Source: Nematocida ausubeli (taxonomy: Eukaryota). Taken from it: a stretch of DNA of 64,000 nucleotides. The notes beneath the pieces are model-generated. The model was not told the DNA's origin, searched no databases, and saw nothing but the letters and a program-made list of their open reading frames with translations. How positions within the stretch are numbered: the first letter of the stretch is position 1; every line of letters starts with the position of its first letter. The stretch lies in NCBI RefSeq assembly GCF_000738915.1, contig NW_026515638.1, forward strand, positions 270,882 through 334,881, in the 5' to 3' direction. Below, in pieces: positions 21,093-32,456 of this stretch. The position numbers and the translations under genes are program-made.

Positions 21093-21530
21093 TTTTCTTC
21101 TGTTAAGTATATATTGAAAGAAGCCTTGGCAGAGAAAAGATATACTATGCACTAAATACTCTGTCCTATGAGGCTCTGGTTAAATTGTTTTATAGAAAGC
21201 GGATTAAAGAATATTATGGTAAGAAGAATAAGGATTTCTTGCCCAAAGAATATTACCTCTATTTAATACTTCTTAACGGTATAGGCTGATTCTTCTTTGT
21301 AAATGCTACAAAGTACATATAGTGCTTTAGTATTCAAATGAAAATGGCTTTGAAAAGCTTTTATTGCAATTTATAAAAAATGCTAGCTAAAAGAGTTTTT
21401 ATGCTTAGTAATAACATTTTGTGGTAGTGCTTGAGGAATATATGTGCATAAGAGCATTAAACTTATCATTAGAGACTTCATCGCTGCATAGATGTTCTTT
21501 TGACATTTTTAGGTTTTTAATAGAGTTCTT

Positions 21531-21820
21531 CATATTAGAGTGTATGAAATTCTAGGCTCATCTAGGTCTGCCACGACTCTGCACCACTCCCTCTGAAATT
21601 CAGCCTTTGTTGTGCCAAATATCTGGTTCTCCTTTGGAGTAAAGAATCTTTTGTTGTACATGCACTCCATCTTCTGGTAGATGGAAGTTAAGAGGTCCTT
21701 ATGGGTTTATTTTTATAGGTGTTGCAATTTCAAACTGCAGGGTGGCTTCCATTTCATCTAATGTCATGTCTGCTCTGCATATATTCATCATTAGAACACT
21801 GATTAAGACCAGTTGCCTTG
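21531..21820 (-). pseudogene. Decayed fragment of a Nematocida LGF1-type secreted-protein gene
   Basis: Reads LVLISVLMMNICRADMTLDEMEATLQFEIATPIKINP*GPLNF, then after a frameshift IYQKMECMYNKRFFTP...AEFQREWCRVVADLDEPRISY. It parallels the N-terminus of the 28259 gene (VCA|ILELEE...NGPLSPL...IYDKTDFIYKQRL) and has an in-frame stop and a frameshift. Confidence 0.75.
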
Positions 21821-22461
21821 ATCCAAATAACAGAATAACGCGTTTTCAGTAAATAAAATAAATCATTTTCAATATATAGTAACGAGTAAACTCAGGGGCG
21901 GTTGTAAGGAATTTCTATTGGTTGCTTGATTTTTGATCAATATATTTTTCTTAAAATCACCCAATATAAATATATCGCATGTGTATGCGGGCTTAAACTA
22001 TTAGTGTTATTATCTGCAAATGGTCTTCAAGAGAAGAGGTATTAGTCTAGGTCAACGCATACTGCCCTTAAAGAAGTCTTATTAGCGTATAACTGCATGT
22101 ATATTCTTGTGCTAGAAGTGCCATTAATCTTGTTTATTTTTAGCACGTATGCAGTTGATAGAATATAATGTAAATATGTTCTAACCACACTTAAAATAGA
22201 AGCAAGTGAATAGTCAACTCGGCGCGACCAGTATTTTTAAAGTTTAATTATTTGGCTATAGCACAATAAAATAGATTTTTTTATTAAAAAAGAGTTAGCT
22301 CTCATGTTAATGTAATTATTGGCAGTAGAAGACTGGCATCTTTGGACTAAAGTGCGGGCCTTCTTTAATAGTGGTTACATGCTAGACAAGCTGGCTTATC
22401 CCCGCTATAAAGACCTAATTACTTCCAAGGACCTACAATTAGCATTATAAACTGTATTAAT

Positions 22462-23151
22462 CTATCTTCTTAAATTAGCCACAGTAGAGGATTCATTATA
22501 TTTATCATAGTCTAATACATTCGCTGCTTTGTCTACCATTTCCACAGAAGTAAACTCAGTAGCTTTTATAGTTGAATCTATAATATTTTCACTTGTAGCA
22601 TAGTTCTGCACTTTTACCGTATCATCTACATAGGTGGTGTATTGGTTAAAGTCTGTAAAGCCAGGCTGATCTGTGCCCAAAGTAATGCCAGGAGCAGTAG
22701 TGATATCATTTGCTATAGTGGTCAATTCAGTATGCTCTTGTATAGTCGTATAGTCGGCTGTAGGCAAGGTAGCATTTTTCAGCCCCTCTACTCCACCGGG
22801 CACTAAATCGCCTACATAAGAAATCCATTTGTCTCTTATTTGGGTAGTATTAGATGCGTTTGTAGCACTTTTATTAGTATCAGTAATAGTAGCTTCAGCT
22901 GAACTTAAAGATGCATCACTACCCATTGGCCATACATCCATTGCATATAGTGCCACGAGGGATACTGCAACTGCAGTTACAAGGAAGGATATTATTATGA
23001 TAACACAAGCTGCTCTTTGGTTATTGAATATTTTATTCACTAGAGATCCCTGGTTTGAAGAATCTTCATGTAATTGATATGTAGATTCTTTTCCAGTGTC
23101 TCTGTAATTTAAATCAACATAGGCACTATTTTCAATTTCTCTTGACTGCAT
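22462..23151 (-). CDS. Type II single-pass Ser/Thr-rich membrane protein, paralog of 24741-26561
   Basis: TM segment ACVIIIISFLVTAVAVSLVALYAMDVWP followed by a Thr-rich ectodomain. Confidence 0.85.
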   Translation of the reverse strand: MQSREIENSAYVDLNYRDTGKESTYQLHEDSSNQGSLVNKIFNNQRAACVIIIISFLVTAVAVSLVALYAMDVWPMGSDASLSSAEATITDTNKSATNASNTTQIRDKWISYVGDLVPGGVEGLKNATLPTADYTTIQEHTELTTIANDITTAPGITLGTDQPGFTDFNQYTTYVDDTVKVQNYATSENIIDSTIKATEFTSVEMVDKAANVLDYDKYNESSTVANLRR

Positions 23152-23461
23152 TTTTTATAAAGTCCATTCTCCTATTTATAGCTATTATCAGGGCCTTATC
23201 ACTGTGATTTTATTGTCTTTTATTAATTAATAAACCTTTATATATCAATTGATCATTTTTTGACAAGCTTTTGTACCATAGTGCAAATTGTTATTTTAGA
23301 AGGTTTTGTTTATAAACTTTGTCTTTATTTAACTCTCGATCTGTTTAAATGGTTTAAATGAAACATTTTCTTCTTCTAAATACTATTTAGACCAATCAGA
23401 CAACTGATTCTTTCGAATAAGGTCGAGTCACTTGTATCTTGTTTCGTGGAAATAAAAAAAA

Positions 23462-23982
23462 ACAGCAGTAGACAATCTGTCAGTTGTTAATCTGAGCATA
23501 CAGCTGAGTTTTCCTCTTCAAAATATTAGACTTAGTCATATTAAACTCAGCTTAATTTATTTCTTATCCTCTATTTATAGGCCGTTAGGAGAAGCCTATT
23601 AAAGTGGAGCCATGAAAGCATAATCTTATTAGATAACTTAAGGCAAATAGCAATATATATTACTTATTCAATCACTTGATTGCAGCCAAATAAAACAAGT
23701 AGAGACCCTTGTAGCGTGTTGTCCTACAGCAAAAACCAGGAAGGCAAAGGCCAATACCAACCTACATTTCTAGCCCGAAGAGAGGTTTCATGCCCTCAAG
23801 GCAAGGAAAACCAACAACTGCTTTAAGCTTCATGCGGTTTACTTTACAAAGGCTTGTTAATTATACTCTGCAGACGATGAAAAATAAATTATATCCAAGG
23901 TTAGTATGACCAAGTCTAATATTTCAAAGAGCAAAAACCAGCTTGCTGAAATATAGAAAATAGTTTTTTGGATACTGATGTA
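23462..23982. repeat. Degenerate long inverted repeat (arms ~23462-23620 and ~23826-23982)
   Basis: The reverse complement of 23502-23540 matches 23905-23943 at 33/39 nt (tatgac.aagtctaatattt..aagag.aaaa..cagct). Similarity continues inward (aaataaatta, aggctt, acttta, tcatg) and outward. Confidence 0.75.
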
Positions 23983-24740
23983 AGCTGAAAAACAATATTA
24001 ATATTACTAGCTTGTACTTTATGTCAAAGTAGCTAAAATGTCATTAAAAGACACATAATTGATTGTTGATGTGATTCTCAAGTGCAGACAATGCTTTAGC
24101 TAGAGGATACCAGTGTAAAGTAGAGGGGCTGAGTTTAAGAAAGAATCTTTAGTATATTTATGTGAATGGGTGGTTGCAGTGTACCGCCGAGCTTTTGTAC
24201 TTACTATAGTGTTATTCGTCTGGTTTTTGATTAGCATGTGTGGGATTCTGCATTTTTCTTGCAATTATGTATAAGGCTTCCTAGGCAGGCAGGTACTCTC
24301 AAAACTATTTCTATATTACGGATGCTCTAGATCTTTTCGTTAGAGAAGTTGAAATATTTAGCTATGTAAATATTTCTTCTAGCAGGAGAATTATAGTATG
24401 AGTCACAAAATAAAAAGACTTTTTAAGACAAAAAGACCTAGCAAGTTCAAAAGAAATAAATAGCTTAGCGCTTTATTTAAATATAACCCAAAGTTCGTGT
24501 ATTTGGTCTTTTAAATAGGAACTAACAAAAGCTAAAGCCTTTAAAGCTCAGTTGTTTTATTCGGACGCACTAAAAACTACTTTTTGCATTAGAATAAGAG
24601 TAAAACTATGTAGTCGAGAAATTCCTATTAAAAGTAGTATATTCCATAGATACCATAGAATCGACACCTTTCTCCATCAGGCCAGTTAGGATAGTAGATT
24701 TGGATTGATAGTTAGCATCATGCCTTACATCAATTGTATG

Positions 24741-26561
24741 CTAAATTGGATTGTTCATAGTAGAAGAAGACAGATTGTTTTTTGGCATAGATAATTCAGG
24801 CTTGACTGCACCAGTACTATAAGCTGTATTGTTTTGGTTCAAATCCATTGTCAGAACATTATCATTGATCTTGGGTTTCGAGGCATGAGTATCATTTTTG
24901 CTAGAATTGCCTATACGATTATTTATTTGTGCATTCTCTGTCTTAAGTCTTGCTATACTATCACAATTAGCTTTCTTCTTAGCAATTAAACTATTTAAGA
25001 AATCTTGGTCTGCACTGTTAGGGTCAGTAACACCTTCACTTGATGCTACAGTTTGGTTAGTAGCACTCTCACTTGTTAGTGTAGAATTTACAGTATCACT
25101 GTTACCTTGGCTTGCGGTTATATTCTTCGCACTGGTAGGGTCAGTAACACCTTCACTTGATGCTACAGTTTGGTCAGTGACACCCTCATTTGTTAGTGTA
25201 GAATTTACAGTATCACTGTTACCTTGGCTTGCGGTTATATTCTTTGGACTGGTAGAGTTAGCAGCTTCTTCACTTGACCCTGCAATGGTTTTAGCAACTC
25301 CTTCGCTTATTTCTGCGGTGGTTTTATTAACTCCTTCACCTAATTCTGCAATGGTTTCAGTAACACCTTCACTTGATGCTACAGTAGGTTGGGTAGCACC
25401 CTCGCTTGATCCTGCAATGGTTTTAGTAACGTCCTCGCTTGATGCTACAGTTTGGTCAATAACACTCTCGCTTGTTAGTGTAGAATTTACAGCATCACTA
25501 TTACTTTGGCTTACAGCTATGTTCTTTGTACTGGTAGGTTGGATAGCCTCTTCACTTGATGCTACGATGGGATCAGTGATACCCTCGCTTGATGCTACAG
25601 TAGGCTGTGTAACACCTTCACTTGATGCTGCAATAGGATCGGTGACACCCTCACTTGATGCTACAGTAGGTTGAGTGACATTCTCGCTTGATGCTACGAT
25701 GGGGTCAGTAACCCCTTCGCTTGATGCTACAATTGGATCAGTAACTCCCTCACTTATTTTAGCAGTTGAATCAGTAACCCCTTCACTTGATGCTGTAATG
25801 GTTTGAGTAACACCCTCGCTTGATGCTACAGTAGGTTGGGTAGCACCCTCGCTTGATACTACGATGGGATCAGTAACCCCTTCGCTTGATGCTGCAATGG
25901 TTTGAGTAACACCCTCGCTTGATGCTGTAATGGTTTGAGTAACACCCTCGCTTATTTCTGCGGTAGAGTCAGTGACTCCTTCACTTGATGCTACAGTAGG
26001 TTGTGTAACACCTTCACTTAATAATTCAGTAGGTTGTGTAACACCTTCGCTTGATGCTATAATGGAGTCAGTGACTCCTTTACTTAATAATTCAGTAGTG
26101 GCTTCTGCATTGGTCGTTGTGCCTGATGCCACAGTAGTGGCTTTTATATCTGTTAGTGTAGTAGGCAGAATCTTTGTTGTGCTAGAGACATTTTTCTCCA
26201 CATGTTGTGTAATATTGTATCCATTTTCCACAGAACCAGTTACATTGTAAACTGCTTTTTTAGTATCAGTATTCTCTAGTGCACTAGATACATTTTTCAC
26301 TATAGAATCTTTGGCTAAGGCTAAGCTAGATTCAGTTGTGCTATTTGTAGACATCGTTTCTTCAAATGGCCATATATCCATTGCATATAATGTTGCAAAG
26401 ACTGCTATCAAGAAACTTATAATTACAAGCACCATAATAAAAATAGCCCATAGATATTTTTGACCATGAGGTTCTTCTTGTATTTGATACATAGACCTAT
26501 GGTCAGAAGGCGGCCAGTTTAGTTCAATATCTTCTGAACATTCTCTTATATTTTTCTGCAT
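24741..26561 (-). CDS. Mucin-like type II membrane protein with Ser/Thr tandem repeats, 606 aa
   Basis: TM segment LWAIFIMVLVIISFLIAVFATLYAMDIWP, then 11-aa repeats (ASSEGVTQPTV) and 39-aa higher-order repeats. Confidence 0.9.
   Translation of the reverse strand: MQKNIRECSEDIELNWPPSDHRSMYQIQEEPHGQKYLWAIFIMVLVIISFLIAVFATLYAMDIWPFEETMSTNSTTESSLALAKDSIVKNVSSALENTDTKKAVYNVTGSVENGYNITQHVEKNVSSTTKILPTTLTDIKATTVASGTTTNAEATTELLSKGVTDSIIASSEGVTQPTELLSEGVTQPTVASSEGVTDSTAEISEGVTQTITASSEGVTQTIAASSEGVTDPIVVSSEGATQPTVASSEGVTQTITASSEGVTDSTAKISEGVTDPIVASSEGVTDPIVASSENVTQPTVASSEGVTDPIAASSEGVTQPTVASSEGITDPIVASSEEAIQPTSTKNIAVSQSNSDAVNSTLTSESVIDQTVASSEDVTKTIAGSSEGATQPTVASSEGVTETIAELGEGVNKTTAEISEGVAKTIAGSSEEAANSTSPKNITASQGNSDTVNSTLTNEGVTDQTVASSEGVTDPTSAKNITASQGNSDTVNSTLTSESATNQTVASSEGVTDPNSADQDFLNSLIAKKKANCDSIARLKTENAQINNRIGNSSKNDTHASKPKINDNVLTMDLNQNNTAYSTGAVKPELSMPKNNLSSSTMNNPI
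25020..26105 (-). repeat. Coding minisatellite: 33-bp unit plus a 117-bp higher-order repeat
   Basis: Recurring gtaacaccytcrcttgatgct units. The blocks starting at 25021 and 25138 are 117 bp apart. Confidence 0.92.
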
Positions 26562-28258
26562 GTTCTACAAAGCCCTTCTTATATTTATATCTATTGCCTG
26601 ATATTTTTCTTTCTGATCCTGTCATGCTTAATTATCTATATCATATATTAAAATGCATAATGTATTCTGTCAAAGCGCAATATAGCACGGTGTAGCTGTG
26701 CAAAATATAGTTTATATTGTGGCATATGTAATAGGCTGATGAAAGCAACATGTATACTGAGGATTAGATAGTTTTTGGCTGGCTATGCCATTTCTAATAT
26801 GCAAAATAGCTTGGTAATACATACATCCAGAGCATAAGTGTATAATCATATGAGAGTGTGAAAAGGGTCTCATATATCAAAAGAAAATAGCTTTGTTAAC
26901 ATTCAAGAAAAATAATTTAATAGTGTTACATAGCAGAATAAATTCATAGAAGCATAATGAACAAACCATTCTGGAAACTCACTACTTTGAAGTCAGACTC
27001 TGTGTATAAAGATAGATGCAATTCTGTAAAAGTCAGATCTTGACAGGATATTTAAAACAAGCTCCGAATAAGAACACTAATAAAACATTCCTATTGCATA
27101 AATAAAAGTTTTTTACTTAACATGATGCTATTACTATTCAGAAAATATTTCCAGGCTAGGGTACTTCTGCTTCTATGGCGTAATGTATAAATCTTTCTAG
27201 AGATATTTGTAAAAATAAAGATTCCTGCATTACTGTTGCAAGGGTGTATGCAAAGCTCTAAATAAAGCACACTCTATTCCAGAAAACTATCTCTTAGTTA
27301 TAATGCCATCCGCTTGGGAGTCTTAGAAATACTAGTGTAATGTCTGGTTTGTGTTTTTTAAATATCCCTTGACATCAGCTATCTCTTTCTGCTAAGCTCG
27401 TCTTCATGCCTCCCATGCCTTCAAGGGTCTCTAAAATATGTCATTTCTCTGATTTTCCTGTGCTCTTCTCTTTTTAATCAAAAATAAACCCTTCCTTTTA
27501 ATATTTATTCGCGCTGTATATACTACATGTAAAAAGCTTATTTTTTGTAGACATATAAAAAGCAAAAATAATTAGCCCGCTGTAAGGATGCGGAGTAATA
27601 GAAAGAAGACGCACTGTTTAAGCATAGAAGTGTGCATTAGAGTGCTTCTGCCTAGACAAGAGCGTTGAATAATCTGTAGTAGGGAAACACATGAGTTTGG
27701 ACATTGTAATATTTTTTGGGAAAACACTCTAGCTAGTTTGTATATTTAGGAATAAGTCATGCAATAGATAGAGAAAGCTCTTTATCTATTAGCACTTGCA
27801 AGTTAGCCGAACTAAATAGAATATATGGTGATATGTACACCATTCTGCTATAAAACGCAGCATATTGTATATACAAGCAAATATATTTGAATATAAAAAT
27901 AATATCATTCACTATTATATAATTGTTGTCTGTGGCGAATATAGTAATAACTTCAAATCAATTTTTATTTTAGTTTTCTTAAGCTAGCAACAATAATTAA
28001 AAAAATATATTTAAAAAGAGACATATGGCAAGAATAAATAGCTTTAATGCCATACTAAGGACAAAAGCCTTGAATTTTAATGCAAAAAGCCATCTACAGA
28101 GATATAATAAAAAAGCTTCACCAGCAAGACCAGACTCTTTTACAGGGTGCCATCCTGCCTCATCCGCCCCAACAGCTTCACATAATACAGAAATAGATAT
28201 GTATTTAGATGATAATAAAAAGCACAGAGAAACAGCCATATGCATGCATAAAAAACCC

Positions 28259-30913
28259 ATGACATCCCAAAACACCCAAGGCTTTTTCATAAGGCCATAT
28301 GCACACGTGTTTTTAATACTTGCAATATTGGGTATGCGTTTAGTATGTGCAATACTGGAGCTTGAAGAAGCTTACGAAGTGCAAAAAACAGTAGTACACG
28401 AAGACAATGGAATACAATGGGTGGCGAGTATGAATGGCCCGCTTAGCCCACTCATGCTATGCATATACGATAAAACCGATTTTATTTACAAGCAGAGACT
28501 TATTTATTCAAATGTAGACACGTATTTCATTGTATCTGATAAAAAAAACAACAACTGTTTTACAAGATACCCAAGCAAAGACGTGCCATATACGAAAGAT
28601 CAAAATGAAAATCACATGAAAAAAGAGACAATAGACCTCTTTACTGTGCTGATCAATCTATTTCCCTCGCCTAAGAAAAAAACAAGTATCTTTTCGGAAG
28701 AAACTTGTAAGGATTCTTTTACTCTATTCTTGAAAAGTGACCCTGTAAAGGACCACGCCCACATGATTCTTGCTTCGTTGCTGCTGCTGTCAGAGGGAAT
28801 TCAGGTGCCTCTGCTATTGGAGAATGTTGAAGATTCTCAAGGCTCAAATAAAAAACTAGTACTAAGAAAAGTAGGATGGAAGCAAAGAAAAGAAGAAAAA
28901 GAAGAGCATTTTTCTCTTAATATGTCTGTTGCTTTTCAACAAGAACAAGAAAAAAGTAGTACAAAATGCAATCTTTATCTTGAAAAGCAGACAAAAGCTA
29001 TTCAAGTCATTCAGTTCTTCATTAGCAAAAGGAGCAATTCAATACTTGAAAGTATTATAACGTCAATTGATCCTGATAAAAAGATGGAGTTGTGGACGGA
29101 TGGTTTTATCTACAGTGCAAACTATCTCATACGATCGTACATATACTACTATCTGGAGAGTACAAAAGAGGCTATCAGCTTCAACCAAACAGTATACAGA
29201 ATGCTGAAAGAGCACATAGAAGAAGGAAAAAAAAAGAATTGCGATGTAGAAGAAGAAATTGGAAATATAATTTTCAAAAAGTGCTTTGTTCCTCATGATA
29301 AAATCTCGAACACTCTCCATTACTGGGATAAAATACAGAAGATTGAAAGCATTATTGCGAACTCAAAGCCAACTCAAATACTTCCATTTACAGATCTTGA
29401 AGAGCTTTCTGTTAAAAAAACCGCCAATATAAACATATGGAACAATATGTACTTAACAACAGAGGTATTTGTGACTGATATAGAACACATAGTGCTTGGC
29501 TTGTTCTGCTGCTTTGCATATGACATGCACAGTAATGTATACAGAACTGGCCACATTCCCCATATACTAAAAGACGTAGAACAAGTGTTCTCTCTGCCAT
29601 TAAACATTACTGGGTATATTTTTAATAGAGAGCGCGGAATAAAAGCAAGTACAGCGAATAGGGAGATTTTAAAGAAAGACTCAGACCATATAGCTCCGGG
29701 AAAGAAAATTTCCAAGAAAATATATCAGGAACGGACTAAAGTAGTTAGAAAACTACTGATTAATAAAGATGGAGACCCCAACCTTGATAATAAGAGCATT
29801 AAGGTGGGTGTTTTCAATATGCTTACAATAATTGCAAGATTGACAAGAACATACACAGCAGAGAAAAAAAGAATAGACTATTTTAGAAGCAAGATGATAG
29901 TGAGGGGCCCTTCTTTTTTTAGCCAATATTCATCAGAATATAAAAAAGAGCTAGAGGAATATATAGCAGATTATTTTGCCTCTCTTTCAAGAGACTGTGT
30001 TCCATGCAGTGGCTTAGCCGGTTGGTATGATTATAAATATGCACTTAAAAGAAAAAGACAAATATTTGTAAAATTTATATTTCTTGGGCTAAACAGCCCT
30101 AACTATGCAAATGATATATGTGGAAAGCTAGAGATCTACTATGCGTATGGAAGAGAAGCGCGGCCTATAATTATCAACCTGATAAACAAAAAAACAGCTT
30201 ATCTAGATATTGGTTTACCAGTTATAAAGCTAAATAAAGATAAAGAAGAAAATACCAGATTGATGTACCAAATAAGTAAGATTCCTAAAGATACGTTTGT
30301 AGAGTACGTCCTTTCTACATATATCAACAGAAAAAAGTCGCATATACTAGACCAATACATAATACTTGATTATTATATACACCAGAGTCTTGATGGTACA
30401 ACCACAATGTTGACTAGTGGGACAATTCAGCCAGATCAATATCTGAGTGAGTATCGGTATGGTATATTTAATCATTTGGAAAATAATATATGCCAATATG
30501 CTGCTTCTGAAGTCTTGAACTACAGCAATATACGCTTTCTATGCAATGTGCTAATCGATAAGCAAACGCTTAATATAGAAGATCAGCTATTTTTAATTGG
30601 GTGTCTAGCATGCGTAAAGTCAAAAACAAAAAATGTACTAGCCCGAATGAACGATATCAGAAATGACAGGAGAATGTACAGAGATGATATTTCCACGTCC
30701 CGCATGACAGAAATTTTAAGTAACATTATAGAAACTGGATCTATTCTTGAGATTGCAAATGTAGTAACAGCGTATGGACAGACACGCTGGAGCCGTAAAA
30801 ATCAGTGTATAAATGTTCTAATGCACGGATTAACTCCTTTCAATAGATATAAAGTGATTTTGGCTTTATATGAATACAGCTCTCTTACGTTTAAAAGTCC
30901 AAGGACCAATTAA
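28259..30913 (+). CDS. Nematocida large gene family 1 (LGF1)-like secreted protein, ~884 aa
   Basis: CCC-ATG at 28259 and a signal peptide (...VFLILAILGMRLVCA). Motifs NGPLSPL, LINLFPSP, ILASLLLLSEGIQVPL and LFCCFAYD are as I recall them for LGF1 members. The ORF is open from 28025. Confidence 0.75.
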   Translation: MTSQNTQGFFIRPYAHVFLILAILGMRLVCAILELEEAYEVQKTVVHEDNGIQWVASMNGPLSPLMLCIYDKTDFIYKQRLIYSNVDTYFIVSDKKNNNCFTRYPSKDVPYTKDQNENHMKKETIDLFTVLINLFPSPKKKTSIFSEETCKDSFTLFLKSDPVKDHAHMILASLLLLSEGIQVPLLLENVEDSQGSNKKLVLRKVGWKQRKEEKEEHFSLNMSVAFQQEQEKSSTKCNLYLEKQTKAIQVIQFFISKRSNSILESIITSIDPDKKMELWTDGFIYSANYLIRSYIYYYLESTKEAISFNQTVYRMLKEHIEEGKKKNCDVEEEIGNIIFKKCFVPHDKISNTLHYWDKIQKIESIIANSKPTQILPFTDLEELSVKKTANINIWNNMYLTTEVFVTDIEHIVLGLFCCFAYDMHSNVYRTGHIPHILKDVEQVFSLPLNITGYIFNRERGIKASTANREILKKDSDHIAPGKKISKKIYQERTKVVRKLLINKDGDPNLDNKSIKVGVFNMLTIIARLTRTYTAEKKRIDYFRSKMIVRGPSFFSQYSSEYKKELEEYIADYFASLSRDCVPCSGLAGWYDYKYALKRKRQIFVKFIFLGLNSPNYANDICGKLEIYYAYGREARPIIINLINKKTAYLDIGLPVIKLNKDKEENTRLMYQISKIPKDTFVEYVLSTYINRKKSHILDQYIILDYYIHQSLDGTTTMLTSGTIQPDQYLSEYRYGIFNHLENNICQYAASEVLNYSNIRFLCNVLIDKQTLNIEDQLFLIGCLACVKSKTKNVLARMNDIRNDRRMYRDDISTSRMTEILSNIIETGSILEIANVVTAYGQTRWSRKNQCINVLMHGLTPFNRYKVILALYEYSSLTFKSPRTN

Positions 30914-31493
30914 AGCTGCACCATATAGAGCAGCTATTCTTCTATGTGTATCAGTTTGTTTTTTGCATTTTCCGAGTTATGTCCTATCTGCCATAACGCA
31001 ATGCTGCATACTAGAGATTTTCAATTATAGAAGGAATATTTTAGTAAATTTAAGTTTAAATAAATATTAAAGCATACAACTAGCAGTATAAAAAAATTAT
31101 AGAACACGTATTTATTTTATATTAAGAATAAAAAACAATTAAAAGCTACATAGATGAAATATCGTAAAGGCCAAGATGCATCTTAATATATTTACTCAAT
31201 TCCACCAATAATAAGCACTAAATTGTTGCATTGACCTTAGGCATTTATTAGAAAGATCCAAGCTGTATATGATAAAACATCATATGCGAGTTAAGTCTCA
31301 TTATATTGCACAGCTAGTAGATATAGCCAAACATAAAATATAGCTGGGATCTATGCATTCAGGTAGCAAATAGGATAGCACTAGTTAGCCAAAAATGTTT
31401 ACGTTTAGGGTAAAACTAGATAACGCATGGCTAAATCTAAAATGGCCCATGTACTCTTTCTGGGCAAAAGGTGAATATGTAAGAAATAGAAAT

Positions 31494-31847
31494 TTATTCT
31501 TGCTCATATGGCTTCCAGTGTATTGGCGAGCCTGTTTCTTGGATATAAGTATCTTGACCATTCTGGTGACCTTCCCTTAGCTTATATAGTGCTCTTCTGC
31601 CTGCGTCTGCATGGAGAGGCATTCCTAAGTGTTCAACAGCAAGCACAAGGTCATCTCCTGTCAAGGTCTTTCTTTTTTCCAATTTGCACAAATCCTGTGC
31701 CTTGCACGTAACAAATGCAATAAACTCGGAGGCAGCTCGCTGCATCATTTCCTTTGCATCTCTTGATATCTTTGCCTTTTGGGGTATGGTTTTCTTCATT
31801 ATTCCTGCCACATTTGCTACAGGAAGAAGCCGGTCACTCTGTTTCAT
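31494..31847 (-). CDS. NFYB: CCAAT-binding factor subunit NF-YB/HAP3 (histone fold)
   Basis: DRLLPVANVAGIMKKTIPQKAKISRDAKEMMQRAASEFIAFVT...EKRKTLTGDDL. Confidence 0.92.
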   Translation of the reverse strand: MKQSDRLLPVANVAGIMKKTIPQKAKISRDAKEMMQRAASEFIAFVTCKAQDLCKLEKRKTLTGDDLVLAVEHLGMPLHADAGRRALYKLREGHQNGQDTYIQETGSPIHWKPYEQE

Positions 31848-32456
31848 AGGAATCCAGGGCCAATTTTATTTATGCATAGAATGTTTGTTTGCTATGTCTC
31901 CATAGAGACAAGTGTTCTATAGAGGGTGATTAGACAGATGGACATCAATCAGGTTGTTATTAAGAGTGCATTGTCTTAATTGTACAATCAATATGGAGGT
32001 ACGTCAGCCAATTAAGCACTATATACGTGCATCTTTGGAGTAGAATAAAATGAGGCTCAGATAGACTAAGTTGCAGGGCATGCAACAGTTAAGGTTTATG
32101 ATATTTCTGCACATGTGCATTCCACAATAATAGTAGGCCCTATAGTAGTTCTTAGAAAAAGACATCTGCACGGGTAGGCATAAGCCACTCCAAGGATTTT
32201 GTCTATTTATTCTTTTTAATATGCATTGAAGAATTTCCCAGGCATTATATGAATTCACAGGATGACAATGCTACGCATAATAATGCAATAAAAAACATGG
32301 TGCACAACAGAAGCCAAATAGTCAAGAAATTTGCACTGTATGAAGATAAAAGTGTTTAATTAGCACAATTTATTTAGAAAAACGTCCTAGTATGGCGGTA
32401 GTTTACGATTAAATACTCTGTGATAACTCTTACTGCGCATAGCACCCAGAATGAGC

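Noticed and set aside
23690..24135. GGGGCTGAGT as a possible RNase MRP/P CR-V motif
   Set aside because: No matching GAAAGTCCCC-type CR-I at a plausible distance that could form helix P4.
31855..32015. CCAAT boxes upstream of NF-YB suggesting autoregulation
   Set aside because: A 5-mer in AT-rich DNA is expected by chance, and nothing else supports it.
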